Below are positions 1 through 9,508 of a stretch of DNA of 64,000 nt, one piece after another. Numbering within the stretch: position 1 is the first letter of the stretch; each line of letters starts with the position of its first letter. The stretch covers positions 3,304 to 67,303 of the forward strand of contig DASSEV010000043.1 of assembly GCA_035695105.1 (NCBI GenBank), given 5' to 3'. Both the position numbers and the translations under genes were made by a program. The notes under the pieces are model-generated. The model did not search any database. It worked only from the letters and a program-made list of their open reading frames with translations, and was not told where the DNA came from. This DNA is from Gaiellales bacterium (GTDB lineage Bacteria; Actinomycetota; Thermoleophilia; Gaiellales; JAICJC01).

Positions 1-1283
1 TGAATGCGAAGCCGTCCGCGAAGCTGGTGCCGATCGAGAACTGGGAGGGCCTGGTCAACGAGGGCGCGGGCTTCGCCGGCTTCGCCGCCGGCCCGATCGG
101 CCAGACGCCCGCGTCGCCCGACATGATGGCGATCCCCGACCTGGCCAGCTACACGCCGGTGCCGTTCAAGCCGGGGCTGGCTCGCTTCGCATGCGACATC
201 ACGGTCGAGGGCGAGGAGTGGCCCTACTGCCCGCGCACCATCCTGCGGCGCCAGCTGGAGCGCGCGAAGAAGCTCGGCTACACGTTCAAGGTCGGCATGG
301 AGCTCGAGTTCTTCCTGCTGCGCGAGACGGAGGACGGCGGCATCGAGCTGGCCGACCCGCTCGACCGGCTCGACCAGCCCTGCTACGACATGAAGGGCCT
401 GACCCGGCACTACGACTTTCTCAGCCAGCTCTCCACCTACGTCAACCAGCTGGGCTGGGGCAGCTACGCGAACGACCACGAGGATGCGAACGGGCAGTTC
501 GAGTCGAACTTCGAGTTCGCCGACGCGCTGACGACCGCCGACCGCGCCATCTTCTTCCGCTACATGGTGCACGCGATGGCCCAGGCGGAGGGGATGCTGG
601 CCACGTTCATGCCCAAGCCGTTCGGCCACCTGACCGGCAACGGCGGCCACTTCCACATGTCGCTGTGGGACGAGAGCGGCACCACCGACCTGTTCAAGGA
701 CGACGACGATCCCAACGGGCTCGGCCTGTCCAAGCTCGGGTACCAGTTCACGGCCGGCCTGAAGAAGCACGCCAAGGCCTACATCGCGGTCACCGCGCCG
801 ACCGTCAACTCGTACAAGCGTCTGACCACCACCGCGGGGACGCCGACCTCCGGCGCGACGTGGTCGCCGATCTTCATCTCGCACGGTGCGAACAACCGGA
901 CCCAGATGCTGCGCCTGCCCGGCGGACATGTGGAGGACCGGACGGTGGACGGCTCGTGCAACCCGTACCTGGCGATGGCGGTGATCCTCGCGGCCGGGCT
1001 GGACGGGATCGAGAACGAGCTGGAAGCCGGCCCCCACAACGACGACAACCTCTACGAGCTGTCCGAGAAGGAGCTCAAGCGGCGGAAGATCGAGCTGCTG
1101 CCGGCCAACCTGCTCGACGCCACCCGGCACCTCGAGAAGGACAAGGTGATCCGCGAGGCGCTCGGCAACACCGGCACCGAGGACTACGTCGACTACTACG
1201 TGAAGACGAAGCAGGAGGAGTGGAAGGCCTACCACGAGCAGGTCACTCAGTGGGAGGTCAACCGCTACCTGACGCTGTTCTAG
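1..1283 (+). CDS. gmaS: Glutamine synthetase-family ligase, 5'-truncated by the window edge. Context suggests gamma-glutamylmethylamide synthetase.
   Basis: The reading frame (codons in phase with nt 3) stays open to the window start, so the GTG at 27 in the track is internal. GS catalytic-domain motifs are present: KVGMELEFFLL, NGQFESNFEFADAL, GNGGHFHMSLWD, NSYKRL, NRTQMLRLP. It lies directly upstream of split glutamate-synthase and sox-like genes. Confidence 0.8.
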   Translation, partial: NAKPSAKLVPIENWEGLVNEGAGFAGFAAGPIGQTPASPDMMAIPDLASYTPVPFKPGLARFACDITVEGEEWPYCPRTILRRQLERAKKLGYTFKVGMELEFFLLRETEDGGIELADPLDRLDQPCYDMKGLTRHYDFLSQLSTYVNQLGWGSYANDHEDANGQFESNFEFADALTTADRAIFFRYMVHAMAQAEGMLATFMPKPFGHLTGNGGHFHMSLWDESGTTDLFKDDDDPNGLGLSKLGYQFTAGLKKHAKAYIAVTAPTVNSYKRLTTTAGTPTSGATWSPIFISHGANNRTQMLRLPGGHVEDRTVDGSCNPYLAMAVILAAGLDGIENELEAGPHNDDNLYELSEKELKRRKIELLPANLLDATRHLEKDKVIREALGNTGTEDYVDYYVKTKQEEWKAYHEQVTQWEVNRYLTLF

Positions 1284-1293
1284 GTCGCTTCCA

Positions 1294-1451
1294 GGGTCTG
1301 GCCTCCGGCCTGACCCCTGTGTGCGGATGGTGCGTGGGGCCACGCTTCCAGCGTGGCCCCACTCCTTCTGACAGTCAGTCGAAACGGTGCCTGGTCGAAG
1401 CCAGGACACCGGCAGTTTCCGACAGCGGGGTCAGGCCGGAGGCCTGACCCC
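1294..1451 (+). repeat. Cluster of four GC-rich hairpins in the gmaS-mgsA spacer. The first and last are reverse-complement copies of each other.
   Basis: Hairpin a is 1294-1316 (10 bp, 1 mismatch). Hairpin b is 1334-1345/1351-1362 (12 bp, perfect). Hairpin c is 1386-1394/1401-1410 (9 bp plus a bulge). Hairpin d is 1427-1437/1441-1451 (11 bp, perfect). In addition, 1300-1317 is the exact reverse complement of 1427-1444 (18 nt). Confidence 0.8.
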
Positions 1452-1567
1452 AGTGCATTTCCCCACATACCGCCCGCGGGAATTGCATCCCCGCTGGCAC
1501 TGCCCATCACGGGCGCGGATCCCTAGGATGGAGCCTCCACTGCTGTCGTCTGGAAAGGACTGGTCGC

Positions 1568-2467
1568 GTGTGCGGGTTGTGTGGATTCCTCTACAAGGAT
1601 CCGAGCCGGTACGGGCCCATCGGACGGGCGATGTTCGACATGCTCACCCCGCTCGACCGGCGGGGCACCGATTCCACCGGCGCCGCCCTCTACGGAACGC
1701 CCCACGACGACTCCTATGTCGTGCGGGTGCGAATGGAGGCGAACGGCGATACGCCGCAACGGGTGCACGACGCGCTGGCTTCGGCCGGCGCCGTTGTCGA
1801 CCAGTCACATACCGGCGGCAACCTCCGGGCACGCGTCGAGTACGACGGTGACCTCGGCGAGCTGACCGACACCGTCGAGCGCGTGCCCGACACGGAGGTG
1901 TTCTCGATCGGCCGGTCGATGGAGATCGTCAAGGACGTTGGCGACGCCGGCAACGTCGAGGAGAACGCCCCCTACCGCGACTTCGAGGGCAGCCACGCCA
2001 TCGGCCACACGCGGATGGCGACCGAGTCGGTCGTCGACGTCGCCCACAGCCACCCCTTCTGGGCGCGGCCGTTCCCCGACATCTCGGTCGTCCACAACGG
2101 CCACATCACGAACTACCACAAGCTGCGCAGGCGCCTGGCGGAGAAGGGGCACCGGTTCGCCACGGGAAACGACTCCGAGGCGATCGCCGTCTACATCGCC
2201 GACAAGCTGGAGGAGGGCCATTCGCTCGAGGACGCCCTGCGCTCGTCCGTCGGCGACCTCGACGGCACATTCGCCTACCTGATCTCGACGCCCGAGGGCA
2301 TCGGCGTGGCGCGCGACCGCTTCGCGCTGAAGCCGCTGATCTTCGCCGAGAACGACGAGAAGGTGCTGATTGCATCCGAGGAGATCGCCCTGCGGCGCGT
2401 CGACGGCTCCGATGAGCTGCGGCCGCGCGAGCTGGGCGCGGGGGAGGTGCGCTGGTGGCTACGTTGA
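1568..2467 (+). CDS. mgsA: Class-II (Ntn) glutamine amidotransferase, GlxB/MgsA-type subunit of N-methylglutamate synthase
   Basis: GTG start followed by Cys (MCGLCGF), which is the N-terminal nucleophile signature. GGAAAGGA ribosome-binding site (RBS) at 1553-1560. HNGHITNY motif. First of three genes that together resemble a split GltB. Confidence 0.85.
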   Translation: MCGLCGFLYKDPSRYGPIGRAMFDMLTPLDRRGTDSTGAALYGTPHDDSYVVRVRMEANGDTPQRVHDALASAGAVVDQSHTGGNLRARVEYDGDLGELTDTVERVPDTEVFSIGRSMEIVKDVGDAGNVEENAPYRDFEGSHAIGHTRMATESVVDVAHSHPFWARPFPDISVVHNGHITNYHKLRRRLAEKGHRFATGNDSEAIAVYIADKLEEGHSLEDALRSSVGDLDGTFAYLISTPEGIGVARDRFALKPLIFAENDEKVLIASEEIALRRVDGSDELRPRELGAGEVRWWLR

Positions 2468-3159
2468 TGAGCGAGATCGACTGCTCGCAGCACACGACGC
2501 GGGAGATCAACCAGGCGATCAAGCGGGCCGCCGCCGACGGGGTGCCGGAGGTGCGCCTGACCAACCCGGCCGCGCGGCACTGCCTCGCCGTGGCGGTCAT
2601 GTCGCCGGTGCGGGTGGTGTTCGACGGCCCGGTCGGCTGGTACTGCGGGGGAATGTGCGACGGCGCGGACATCGTCGTCAACGGCAACTGCGGCTGGAGC
2701 CTCGGCGAGAACCTGATGTCCGGATCCGTCACCGTGCACGGCAACGGCGGCAGCTCCGCGGGCGCCACCATCCGCGGCGGCCGGGTGTTCGTCGAGGGCG
2801 ACACCGGCGCGCGCACCGGCATCGCGATGAAGGGCGGCACGCTCGTGGTCGGCGGATCCGTCGGCTACATGTCCGGCTTCATGATGCAGCGCGGCACGAT
2901 GATCGTCTGCGGCGACGCGGGCGACGGTGTCGGCGACTCGATGTACGAGGGCACGGTGTTCGTCGGCGGGTCGGTGCACTCGCTGGGCGCAGATTGCGTC
3001 GAGGCGGAGGTGACCGGCGAGGACCGGGCGCTGCTCGAGCGCGAGCTCTCGTCCAACGGCATCGACGCCGGCGGGTTCGACTGGAAGAAGCTGGTCTCGG
3101 GGCGCAAGCTCTGGAACTTCTCCAAGCATGAGTACGACCACTGGAGGGCGGCGCTATGA
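2467..3159 (+). CDS. mgsB: GXGXG-repeat domain protein (glutamate synthase alpha-subunit C-terminal domain), GlxC/MgsB-type
   Basis: Repeated G-x-G-x-G beta-helix motifs: GNCGWSLGENL, GNGGSSAGATIRGG, GDTGARTGIAMKGG. The ATG at 2467 overlaps the mgsA stop codon (ATGA). The track's GTG at 2455 is an alternative start. Confidence 0.85.
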   Translation: MSEIDCSQHTTREINQAIKRAAADGVPEVRLTNPAARHCLAVAVMSPVRVVFDGPVGWYCGGMCDGADIVVNGNCGWSLGENLMSGSVTVHGNGGSSAGATIRGGRVFVEGDTGARTGIAMKGGTLVVGGSVGYMSGFMMQRGTMIVCGDAGDGVGDSMYEGTVFVGGSVHSLGADCVEAEVTGEDRALLERELSSNGIDAGGFDWKKLVSGRKLWNFSKHEYDHWRAAL

Positions 3160-4574
3160 GCGAGTTCATCCCGCGCGGGCACGACGGGCACGTCCACCAG
3201 AAGCTCTGGGTCTGGTCGCCTGAGACGATCGACGATATCCAGACCAAGGCCGAGCTCGGCCGCTACACCAACCGCGGCCTCGGCACCACCCGCCGCACCC
3301 CGCACTTCCAGGACCTCACCTTCGTTCCGTGCACGCTCTCGCGCGTGCCGCTCGAGGGCTACCGCGAGACCTGCAACACCTCGATCGAGATCGGCGCCCG
3401 TCACGGCGCCAAGCCGATCCGGCTGGCCACGCCGATCACGATCGCAGGCATGAGCTACGGCGCGCTCTCGCGCAACGCCAAGCAGGCGCTGGGCATGGCC
3501 GCCACCCGCGTCGGCATCTCGACCACCACCGGCGACGGCGGCATGCTCGACCTGGAGCGCGAGGCCTCCGACCAGCTCGTCTACCAGGTGCTGCCCAGCC
3601 GCTACGGCTTCAACCCGCACCACCTGCGCATGGCCAATGCCGCCGAGATCGTCATCGGCCAGGGTGCGAAGCCCGGCACCGGCGGCGTCCTGCTCGGCGC
3701 GAAGGTGTCGGAGATCATCGCCGAGGCGCGCACGCTGCCCCCCGGCGTCGACCAGCGCTCGCCCTGCAGGCACCCCGACTTCGTCGGCCCTGACGACCTG
3801 CAGATCAAGATCGAGGAGCTGCGCGAGGCGACCGACGGGCAGATCCCGATCTACGTCAAGATCGGCGCGTGCCGGGTGCCGGACGACGTCAAGCTGGCCT
3901 GCAAGGCGGGCGCCGACGTGATCGTGATGGACGGCCTCGAGGGCGGCACCGGCGCGTCGCCCGACTCGCTGATGGATCACACAGGCATCCCGACCATGGC
4001 GGCGCTCGTCGAGGCGGTGGCCGCGCTGCGCGAGATGCGGCTGGACGGCGTCGTCAACCTGATCATCTCGGGCGGCATTCGAAACGGCGTCGACGCGGCC
4101 AAGTGCCTCGCGCTCGGCGCCGACGCCGTGTCGATCGGCACCGCGGCGATGATCGCGCTCAACTGCAACCGGCCGATCTACGTGGAGGACTACGAGCGGA
4201 TGGGCACCGAGCCCGGCGCCTGCCACCACTGCCACACCGGCCTCTGTCCGGTCGGGATCACGACGCAGGACGAGGAGCTGATCGCGCGGCTGCCCGCCGA
4301 CGAGGCCGCCGACCGGGTGGCCGGCTTCCTCAACTCGATGACGCAGGAGATGCAGATGTTCGCGCGCGCCTGCGGCAAGAACGACGTGCACGACCTCGAG
4401 CCCGAGGACCTTCGCGCCATGACGATCGAGGCGTCGGCCATCACCGGCATCCCGCTGGTCGGCACGGACTTCGCATTCACCCCCGAGTCGTTCGCCCAGG
4501 CCGTGATGCGGGCGATGGCAGAGGGCGAATCGCACAACGGCCACTCCCAACCAGCAGAGGTGTTCACGAGGTGA
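3156..4574 (+). CDS. mgsC: Glutamate synthase FMN-binding domain protein, GlxD/MgsC-type
   Basis: GltB domain-2 motifs: ITIAGMSYGALS, GQGAKPGTGG, MDGLEGGTGASP. ATGA overlap with the upstream gene. Confidence 0.85.
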   Translation: MSEFIPRGHDGHVHQKLWVWSPETIDDIQTKAELGRYTNRGLGTTRRTPHFQDLTFVPCTLSRVPLEGYRETCNTSIEIGARHGAKPIRLATPITIAGMSYGALSRNAKQALGMAATRVGISTTTGDGGMLDLEREASDQLVYQVLPSRYGFNPHHLRMANAAEIVIGQGAKPGTGGVLLGAKVSEIIAEARTLPPGVDQRSPCRHPDFVGPDDLQIKIEELREATDGQIPIYVKIGACRVPDDVKLACKAGADVIVMDGLEGGTGASPDSLMDHTGIPTMAALVEAVAALREMRLDGVVNLIISGGIRNGVDAAKCLALGADAVSIGTAAMIALNCNRPIYVEDYERMGTEPGACHHCHTGLCPVGITTQDEELIARLPADEAADRVAGFLNSMTQEMQMFARACGKNDVHDLEPEDLRAMTIEASAITGIPLVGTDFAFTPESFAQAVMRAMAEGESHNGHSQPAEVFTR

Positions 4575-4882
4575 GCTTCATCCTGACCTGCCCGAACTGC
4601 GGGCCGCGAGCGGTCGACGAGTTCTCCTACGGCGGCGAGGTGACGACTCGCGCCACGAGCTCGCAGGACGACCGCGCGCTGTTCCACTACCTGTACTTCC
4701 GCACCAACACGGCGGGCGACCAGCGCGAGTGGTGGTTTCACTCGTCCGGATGCCGCGAATGGTTCCAGGCGGAGCGGAACACCACCCGCAACGAGGTGCT
4801 CCGCGTCGGCCGTCCCGGCGAGCTGGCCGGGGCCGAGGCCGTCCCGGACGCCGCCGCAGCATCGGAGGCCGCAGGTGGCTGA
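4571..4882 (+). CDS. soxD: Sarcosine oxidase delta-subunit family protein (MgdB-equivalent)
   Basis: About 103 aa starting VSFILTCPNCGPRAVDEFSYGGE, with HSSGCREWF further on. Its GTG overlaps the mgsC stop (GTGA). In the ORF track it is hidden inside the longer out-of-context ORF 3869-4882. Confidence 0.75.
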   Translation: MSFILTCPNCGPRAVDEFSYGGEVTTRATSSQDDRALFHYLYFRTNTAGDQREWWFHSSGCREWFQAERNTTRNEVLRVGRPGELAGAEAVPDAAAASEAAGG

Positions 4883-7610
4883 CGCACGGCTTGCATCACG
4901 GCAGGGCGAGCTGATCGACCGCTCGCGGCAGGTCTCGTTCACCTGGCAGGGTGCCGAGGTCAGCGGCTACGCCGGCGACACGATCGCCTCGGCGCTGTTC
5001 GCGTCGGGCACACGGGTGTTCTCCCGCTCCTTCAAGTACCACCGCCGCCGCGGGCTGATGTGCTGCGCCGGGCAGTGCCCCAACTGCCTCGTCAACGTCG
5101 ACGGCGAGCCGACGGTGCGCGCCTGCGTGACGCCGATCGAGCAGGGCATGACGGTCAACCACCTGAACGCGTGGCCGTCCCTGAACCGCGACTTCCTGCA
5201 CCTCGTGGGCCGGCTGACGCCGAGCTTCGGCATGCAGGTCGGCTTCTACTACAAGACCTTCATCCACCCCAAGCGGGCCTGGCCACTCTACGAGAAGGTG
5301 CTGCGGAACGCCGCGGGGCTGGGCAAGCTCGACCCCGAGCATCGCCGAACCGACCGCTACGAGAAGGTGCACCGCCACGTGGACGTGCTCGTGATCGGCG
5401 GCGGTGAGGCCGGCCTCGAGGCGGCCGCCGAGGCGGCGGAGGCCGGGAAGCACACGGCGCTCGTCGACGAGGGCCTGGCGCTCGGCGGCTACCTGGCCTG
5501 GGGAGGGCCAAACGGCCATGCCCGGCTCGACGAGCTGCTCGGCCGGCTGACGTCCGCCGGGGTGGAGATCCTCCAGCCGGCGTTCGCAGGCGGCGTCTAC
5601 GAGGGCCTGCTCGTCCCGGTGTACCAGGGCCGCACCATGCACCGCTTCCGCCCGGCCGAGCTGGTGATCGCGACCGGCGCGATCGAGCAGCCGCTGGTGT
5701 TCGGGAACAACGACCTGCCGGGCGTGATGCTGGGCACGGCCGCGCGCCGGCTCGTCAACCAGTTCCGGGTGATGCCGGGCGAGGAGGCCGTCGTCGTGAC
5801 GTCGTCCGACGAGGGCTTCGAGGCCGCGTGCGACCTGGCCGACGGCGGCGTCAACGTCATCGCCGTTGCCGATGCCCGCCCGGACGCCGACGGCAGCCGG
5901 GTCGAGGATGCCGGCATCGAGTACCTCGCGGGCTTCCAGCCGCTGCAGGCCAAGGGCTCCAAGGCGGTGTCGGGTGTTGTCGTGACACGCAACGGCGAGC
6001 GGCGCTCCTTCGGCTGCGACCTGCTGGTGATGGCGGGCGGCAGCGTCGGGCACACGGCGTTCGTCACGCAGGGCGGCGGCACCATCCGCTACGACCGCGA
6101 GCAGCGGCGCTACGTGCCCGACTCGCTGCCCAAGGGCATGCGGGTGGTGGGATCTGCGGCCGGGACGGCCGCCGCAGCCGGGGCCGTGCCGGCCAAGGCG
6201 CCGAAGACGTCCTGCAAGCAGATCGTCTGCTTCTGCGAGGACGTCACCACCAAGGACATCGGCCTCTCGCTCGACGAGGGCTTTCGCTCCCTCGAGCTGT
6301 CCAAGCGCTATACGACCGTGACGATGGGCCCCTGTCAGGGGCGCATGTGCCACCGCAACTCCGGCCTGGTGATCGCGGAGGAGCTCGGGCTCGACCCCGA
6401 CGCCCAGCGCGTGGGCGTGACCACGGCCCGCCCGCCGCACAACCCGACCAGCTTCTCGCTGCTGGCCGCGCGCGGCTACGAGCCGGTCAAGCGCACCTCG
6501 ACGCATCACTGGCACGCGGAGCACGGCGGCAAGATGCTCTGGGCCGGCGACTGGAAGCGCCCGTACGACTACGGCGATGCCCAGTCCGAGGCCGATGCGG
6601 TGCACGAGTCGCTGGGCCTGATCGACGTGTCGACGCTGGGCAAGCTGATCGTCCGCGGGCCGGACGCCGCAGCGTTCCTGGAGCGGCTCTATCCCAACCG
6701 GTTCGGCGACATGAAGCTGGCGCGCGTCCGCTACGGCATCGTCTGCGGCGACGACGGTTCGATCATCGACGACGGCACCGTTGCCCGTCTGAGCGACACC
6801 GAGTACTACGTCACGACGACGTCGTCCGGCGCCGGCGGCATGGAGCAGTGGTTCACCTGGTGGAACGCCGTCTGGAAGATGGACTGCGAGATCGTCAACG
6901 TCACCTCGACGATCGCGGCCTTCAACCTCGCCGGGCCGAACGCGCGCACCGCGCTGCAGGGGCTGACCGACTTCGACCTCTCGAACGAGGCCTTCCCCTA
7001 CCTCGGCGCAGGGCAGGCCCAGATCGCCGGCGTCCCCTGCCTGATCCTCCGGATCGGGTTCGTCGGCGAACTGGGATACGAGATCCACCTGCCCTCCGCG
7101 GCCGGCGAGCATCTCTGGGAGAAGCTGATGGAGGCGGGCGAGCCCTACGCGGTCAAGCCGTTCGGCCTCGAGCCCCAGCGCGTCCTCCGCCTCGAGAAGA
7201 TGCACATCATCGTCGGCCAGGACACCAACGCCGAGTCGAACCCGCTCGAGGCCGGCATGCCGTGGATCGTCAAGCTCGACAAGGAGTCCGACTGGATCGG
7301 GCGCTACGCGATCGAGTGGTACAAGAACCGGGGTGACCGCTTCGCACTGGTCGGCTGGGAGGCGCAGAACGGCAAGGTGCCGGTGGAGGGCACCCAGGTG
7401 ATCGGCGCGGACGGCGGCCCTGCCGGGCGCATCACCAGCTCCCGGTTCTCGCGCAGGCTCGGCAAGGCGATCGGCATCGCCTGGGTGCCGCTGTCAATGT
7501 CGGAGGACGGCACCGGCATCACCATCTCCGACCCGAGCGGCGCCACCATCCCGGCGACCGTCACACACAAGGCGTTCTACGACCCCGACGGAGAGAGGTT
7601 GCGTTCGTGA
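4875..7610 (+). CDS. soxA: Sarcosine oxidase alpha-subunit family protein (MgdC-equivalent) with a C-terminal GcvT-like folate-binding domain
   Basis: 911 aa. N-terminal Cys cluster CCAGQCPNCLV. Dinucleotide-binding fold VLVIGGGEAGLEAA. Aminomethyltransferase-like C-terminal half (GLIDVSTLGKLIVRGPDA). 8-nt overlap with soxD. Confidence 0.85.
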   Translation: MADARLASRQGELIDRSRQVSFTWQGAEVSGYAGDTIASALFASGTRVFSRSFKYHRRRGLMCCAGQCPNCLVNVDGEPTVRACVTPIEQGMTVNHLNAWPSLNRDFLHLVGRLTPSFGMQVGFYYKTFIHPKRAWPLYEKVLRNAAGLGKLDPEHRRTDRYEKVHRHVDVLVIGGGEAGLEAAAEAAEAGKHTALVDEGLALGGYLAWGGPNGHARLDELLGRLTSAGVEILQPAFAGGVYEGLLVPVYQGRTMHRFRPAELVIATGAIEQPLVFGNNDLPGVMLGTAARRLVNQFRVMPGEEAVVVTSSDEGFEAACDLADGGVNVIAVADARPDADGSRVEDAGIEYLAGFQPLQAKGSKAVSGVVVTRNGERRSFGCDLLVMAGGSVGHTAFVTQGGGTIRYDREQRRYVPDSLPKGMRVVGSAAGTAAAAGAVPAKAPKTSCKQIVCFCEDVTTKDIGLSLDEGFRSLELSKRYTTVTMGPCQGRMCHRNSGLVIAEELGLDPDAQRVGVTTARPPHNPTSFSLLAARGYEPVKRTSTHHWHAEHGGKMLWAGDWKRPYDYGDAQSEADAVHESLGLIDVSTLGKLIVRGPDAAAFLERLYPNRFGDMKLARVRYGIVCGDDGSIIDDGTVARLSDTEYYVTTTSSGAGGMEQWFTWWNAVWKMDCEIVNVTSTIAAFNLAGPNARTALQGLTDFDLSNEAFPYLGAGQAQIAGVPCLILRIGFVGELGYEIHLPSAAGEHLWEKLMEAGEPYAVKPFGLEPQRVLRLEKMHIIVGQDTNAESNPLEAGMPWIVKLDKESDWIGRYAIEWYKNRGDRFALVGWEAQNGKVPVEGTQVIGADGGPAGRITSSRFSRRLGKAIGIAWVPLSMSEDGTGITISDPSGATIPATVTHKAFYDPDGERLRS

Positions 7611-8281
7611 GCAGCGACCCGTTTGCATTCCTGTCACCCGCCGCCGCGCAGGACGTGGCGCTCCGCACGCCGATGGAGCGAAACCATCGCGCCGCCGGCG
7701 CGGAGCTCGAGGACCGCGACGGCTGGCGGATCGCGGCGTACCCGCCGAACGGCAGCGCCGCGGCATGGCTGGCCGACCTCTCGCACGTCGGCAAGATCGA
7801 CGTCCGCGGCCCGGGCGCGAAGATCGACACGTTGACCGGCGGCAGCGAGCTCGGCCACGCGAGCCACGTGGACGGCGTCTGGACGCTTCGCCTGTCGCCG
7901 ACGCACGCGGTGGTGCTGTGCCCGTTCGGGCGCGTCGCCGAGCTGCGCGAGCGGATCACGTCGGGCGACGCCCAGCTGACGGTCGTCGACATGACCTGCG
8001 GCTGGGCGGCGATGATGATCGGCGGCGAGCACGTGCGCGAGGTGTTCATGCGCTCCTCCTCGCTGGACGTGCGGCCGCACCGGTTCCCGCCGGGCGCCTG
8101 CATGGCAGGGTCGGTGATGCGCTGCGCATCGATCGTGCTCAACGACGCCGGCCGGTTCTGGGTGCTCTGCGGCTGGGAGTTCGGCGAGTACATGTGGGAC
8201 GCGCTGCTCGACGCAGGCGTCACGCTGGGGATCACGCCAGTCTCGTCCGCCGTCGCCATGGGTACGGAGGTGGCCGCATGA
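7607..8281 (+). CDS. soxG: Sarcosine oxidase gamma-subunit family protein (MgdD-equivalent)
   Basis: 224 aa. Coupled by GTGA to soxA and by ATGA to soxB. The call rests mainly on size and position between the alpha and beta subunits. I saw no strong motifs. Confidence 0.6.
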   Translation: MSSDPFAFLSPAAAQDVALRTPMERNHRAAGAELEDRDGWRIAAYPPNGSAAAWLADLSHVGKIDVRGPGAKIDTLTGGSELGHASHVDGVWTLRLSPTHAVVLCPFGRVAELRERITSGDAQLTVVDMTCGWAAMMIGGEHVREVFMRSSSLDVRPHRFPPGACMAGSVMRCASIVLNDAGRFWVLCGWEFGEYMWDALLDAGVTLGITPVSSAVAMGTEVAA

Positions 8282-9489
8282 TCGGGCTGCTTCGCAAGCA
8301 CCGCTACTTCCGCGACCACGACCTGAAACCGAGCTACGACGTCGTCATCATCGGCGCCGGCGCCCACGGACTGGCGACCGCCTACTACCTGGCGAAGCGG
8401 CACGGCATCAAGCGCATCGCCGTGCTCGACCGCAGCTACATGGGCGCCGGAGCATCGGGTCGCAACACCACCATCATCCGCTCCAACTACCTGACGCCGG
8501 AGGGCGCGAGGTTCTACGAGGCCAGCGTGAAGCTGTACGAGTCGCTCTCGCAGGACCTGGACTTCAACATGCTGTTCTCGCAGCACGGCCACCTGACGCT
8601 GGCACACTCCGACCGCTCGGTGAACACGATGATGGAGCGGGCCGAGGTGAACCGGCTGGTGGGGATCGACTCGCGGGTCGTCTACCCGGACGAGATCAAG
8701 GAGCTCTGCCCACAGCTCGACGTCAGCGACCATCCCACGTTCCCGATCCTGGCGGCGCTCTACCACCCGCCTGGCGGCGTCATCCGCCACGACGCGGTGG
8801 TCTGGGGCTACGGCAAGGAGGCCGACAAGCTCGGCGTCGAGATCCACCAGTACACCGACGTCACCGGCATCAACGTGGAGAACGGCAAGGTCACAGGGGT
8901 CGAGACCAACCGCGGCACGATCAACTGCGACACGGTGATCTCGTGCGTCGCCGGCTGGAGCACGCTCGTCTGCGACATGGTCGGCGTGCCGCTGCCGCTG
9001 ACCACGCACATCCTGCAGGCGTGCGTGACCGAGCCCGTGAAGCCGCTGCTCGACAAGATCATCGTGTCGGGCACGCTTCACATCTACATCAGCCAGTCCG
9101 ACCGCGGCGAGTTCGTCATGGGCTCGGAGATCGAGCCGTACTCCGGCTACTCCAACACCAGCACCTTCCGCTTCATCGAGGACCTCGCGATGCACATGAT
9201 CGAGCTGCTGCCGATGCTCGGCCACGCCAAGATCCTGCGGCAGTGGACGGGCTACTGCGATGTGTCGCCGGACTACTCCCCGATCATGGGCGTGACGGAG
9301 GTGGACGGCTTCATCGTCGACGCCGGCTGGGGCACCTACGGGTTCAAGGCGTCCCCGATCGTCGGCTATACCATTGCCGACCTCGTCGGCACCGGAAAGA
9401 CGCCGGAGCTGATCGCGCCGTTCCGCTGGGCGCGGTTCTACGAGAACGACCTCGTGTCGGAGCGCGGCGCCGCCGCCGTCTCCCACTGA
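8278..9489 (+). CDS. soxB: Sarcosine oxidase beta-subunit family FAD-dependent oxidoreductase (MgdA-equivalent)
   Basis: Internal ATG at 8278 (MIGLLRKHRYF) of track ORF 7765-9489. Rossmann motif DVVIIGAGAHGLATAYYLA, then GASGRNTTIIRSNY. About 403 aa. Confidence 0.85.
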   Translation: MIGLLRKHRYFRDHDLKPSYDVVIIGAGAHGLATAYYLAKRHGIKRIAVLDRSYMGAGASGRNTTIIRSNYLTPEGARFYEASVKLYESLSQDLDFNMLFSQHGHLTLAHSDRSVNTMMERAEVNRLVGIDSRVVYPDEIKELCPQLDVSDHPTFPILAALYHPPGGVIRHDAVVWGYGKEADKLGVEIHQYTDVTGINVENGKVTGVETNRGTINCDTVISCVAGWSTLVCDMVGVPLPLTTHILQACVTEPVKPLLDKIIVSGTLHIYISQSDRGEFVMGSEIEPYSGYSNTSTFRFIEDLAMHMIELLPMLGHAKILRQWTGYCDVSPDYSPIMGVTEVDGFIVDAGWGTYGFKASPIVGYTIADLVGTGKTPELIAPFRWARFYENDLVSERGAAAVSH

Positions 9490-9508
9490 CATCGAAAAAG
9501 GAGCAAGG

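Noticed and set aside
4896-7205. 769-aa minus-strand ORF antisense to soxA. There are similar very long antisense or off-frame ORFs at 7561-9951, 9344-11380, 11796-14102, 27058-29001, 51719-53740, 56358-57959 and 59296-61263.
   Set aside because: All lie opposite, or out of frame with, genes that have clear family motifs. Their translations are Arg/Ala/Gly/Pro-rich with no motifs. Long stop-free shadow frames are expected at about 70% GC.
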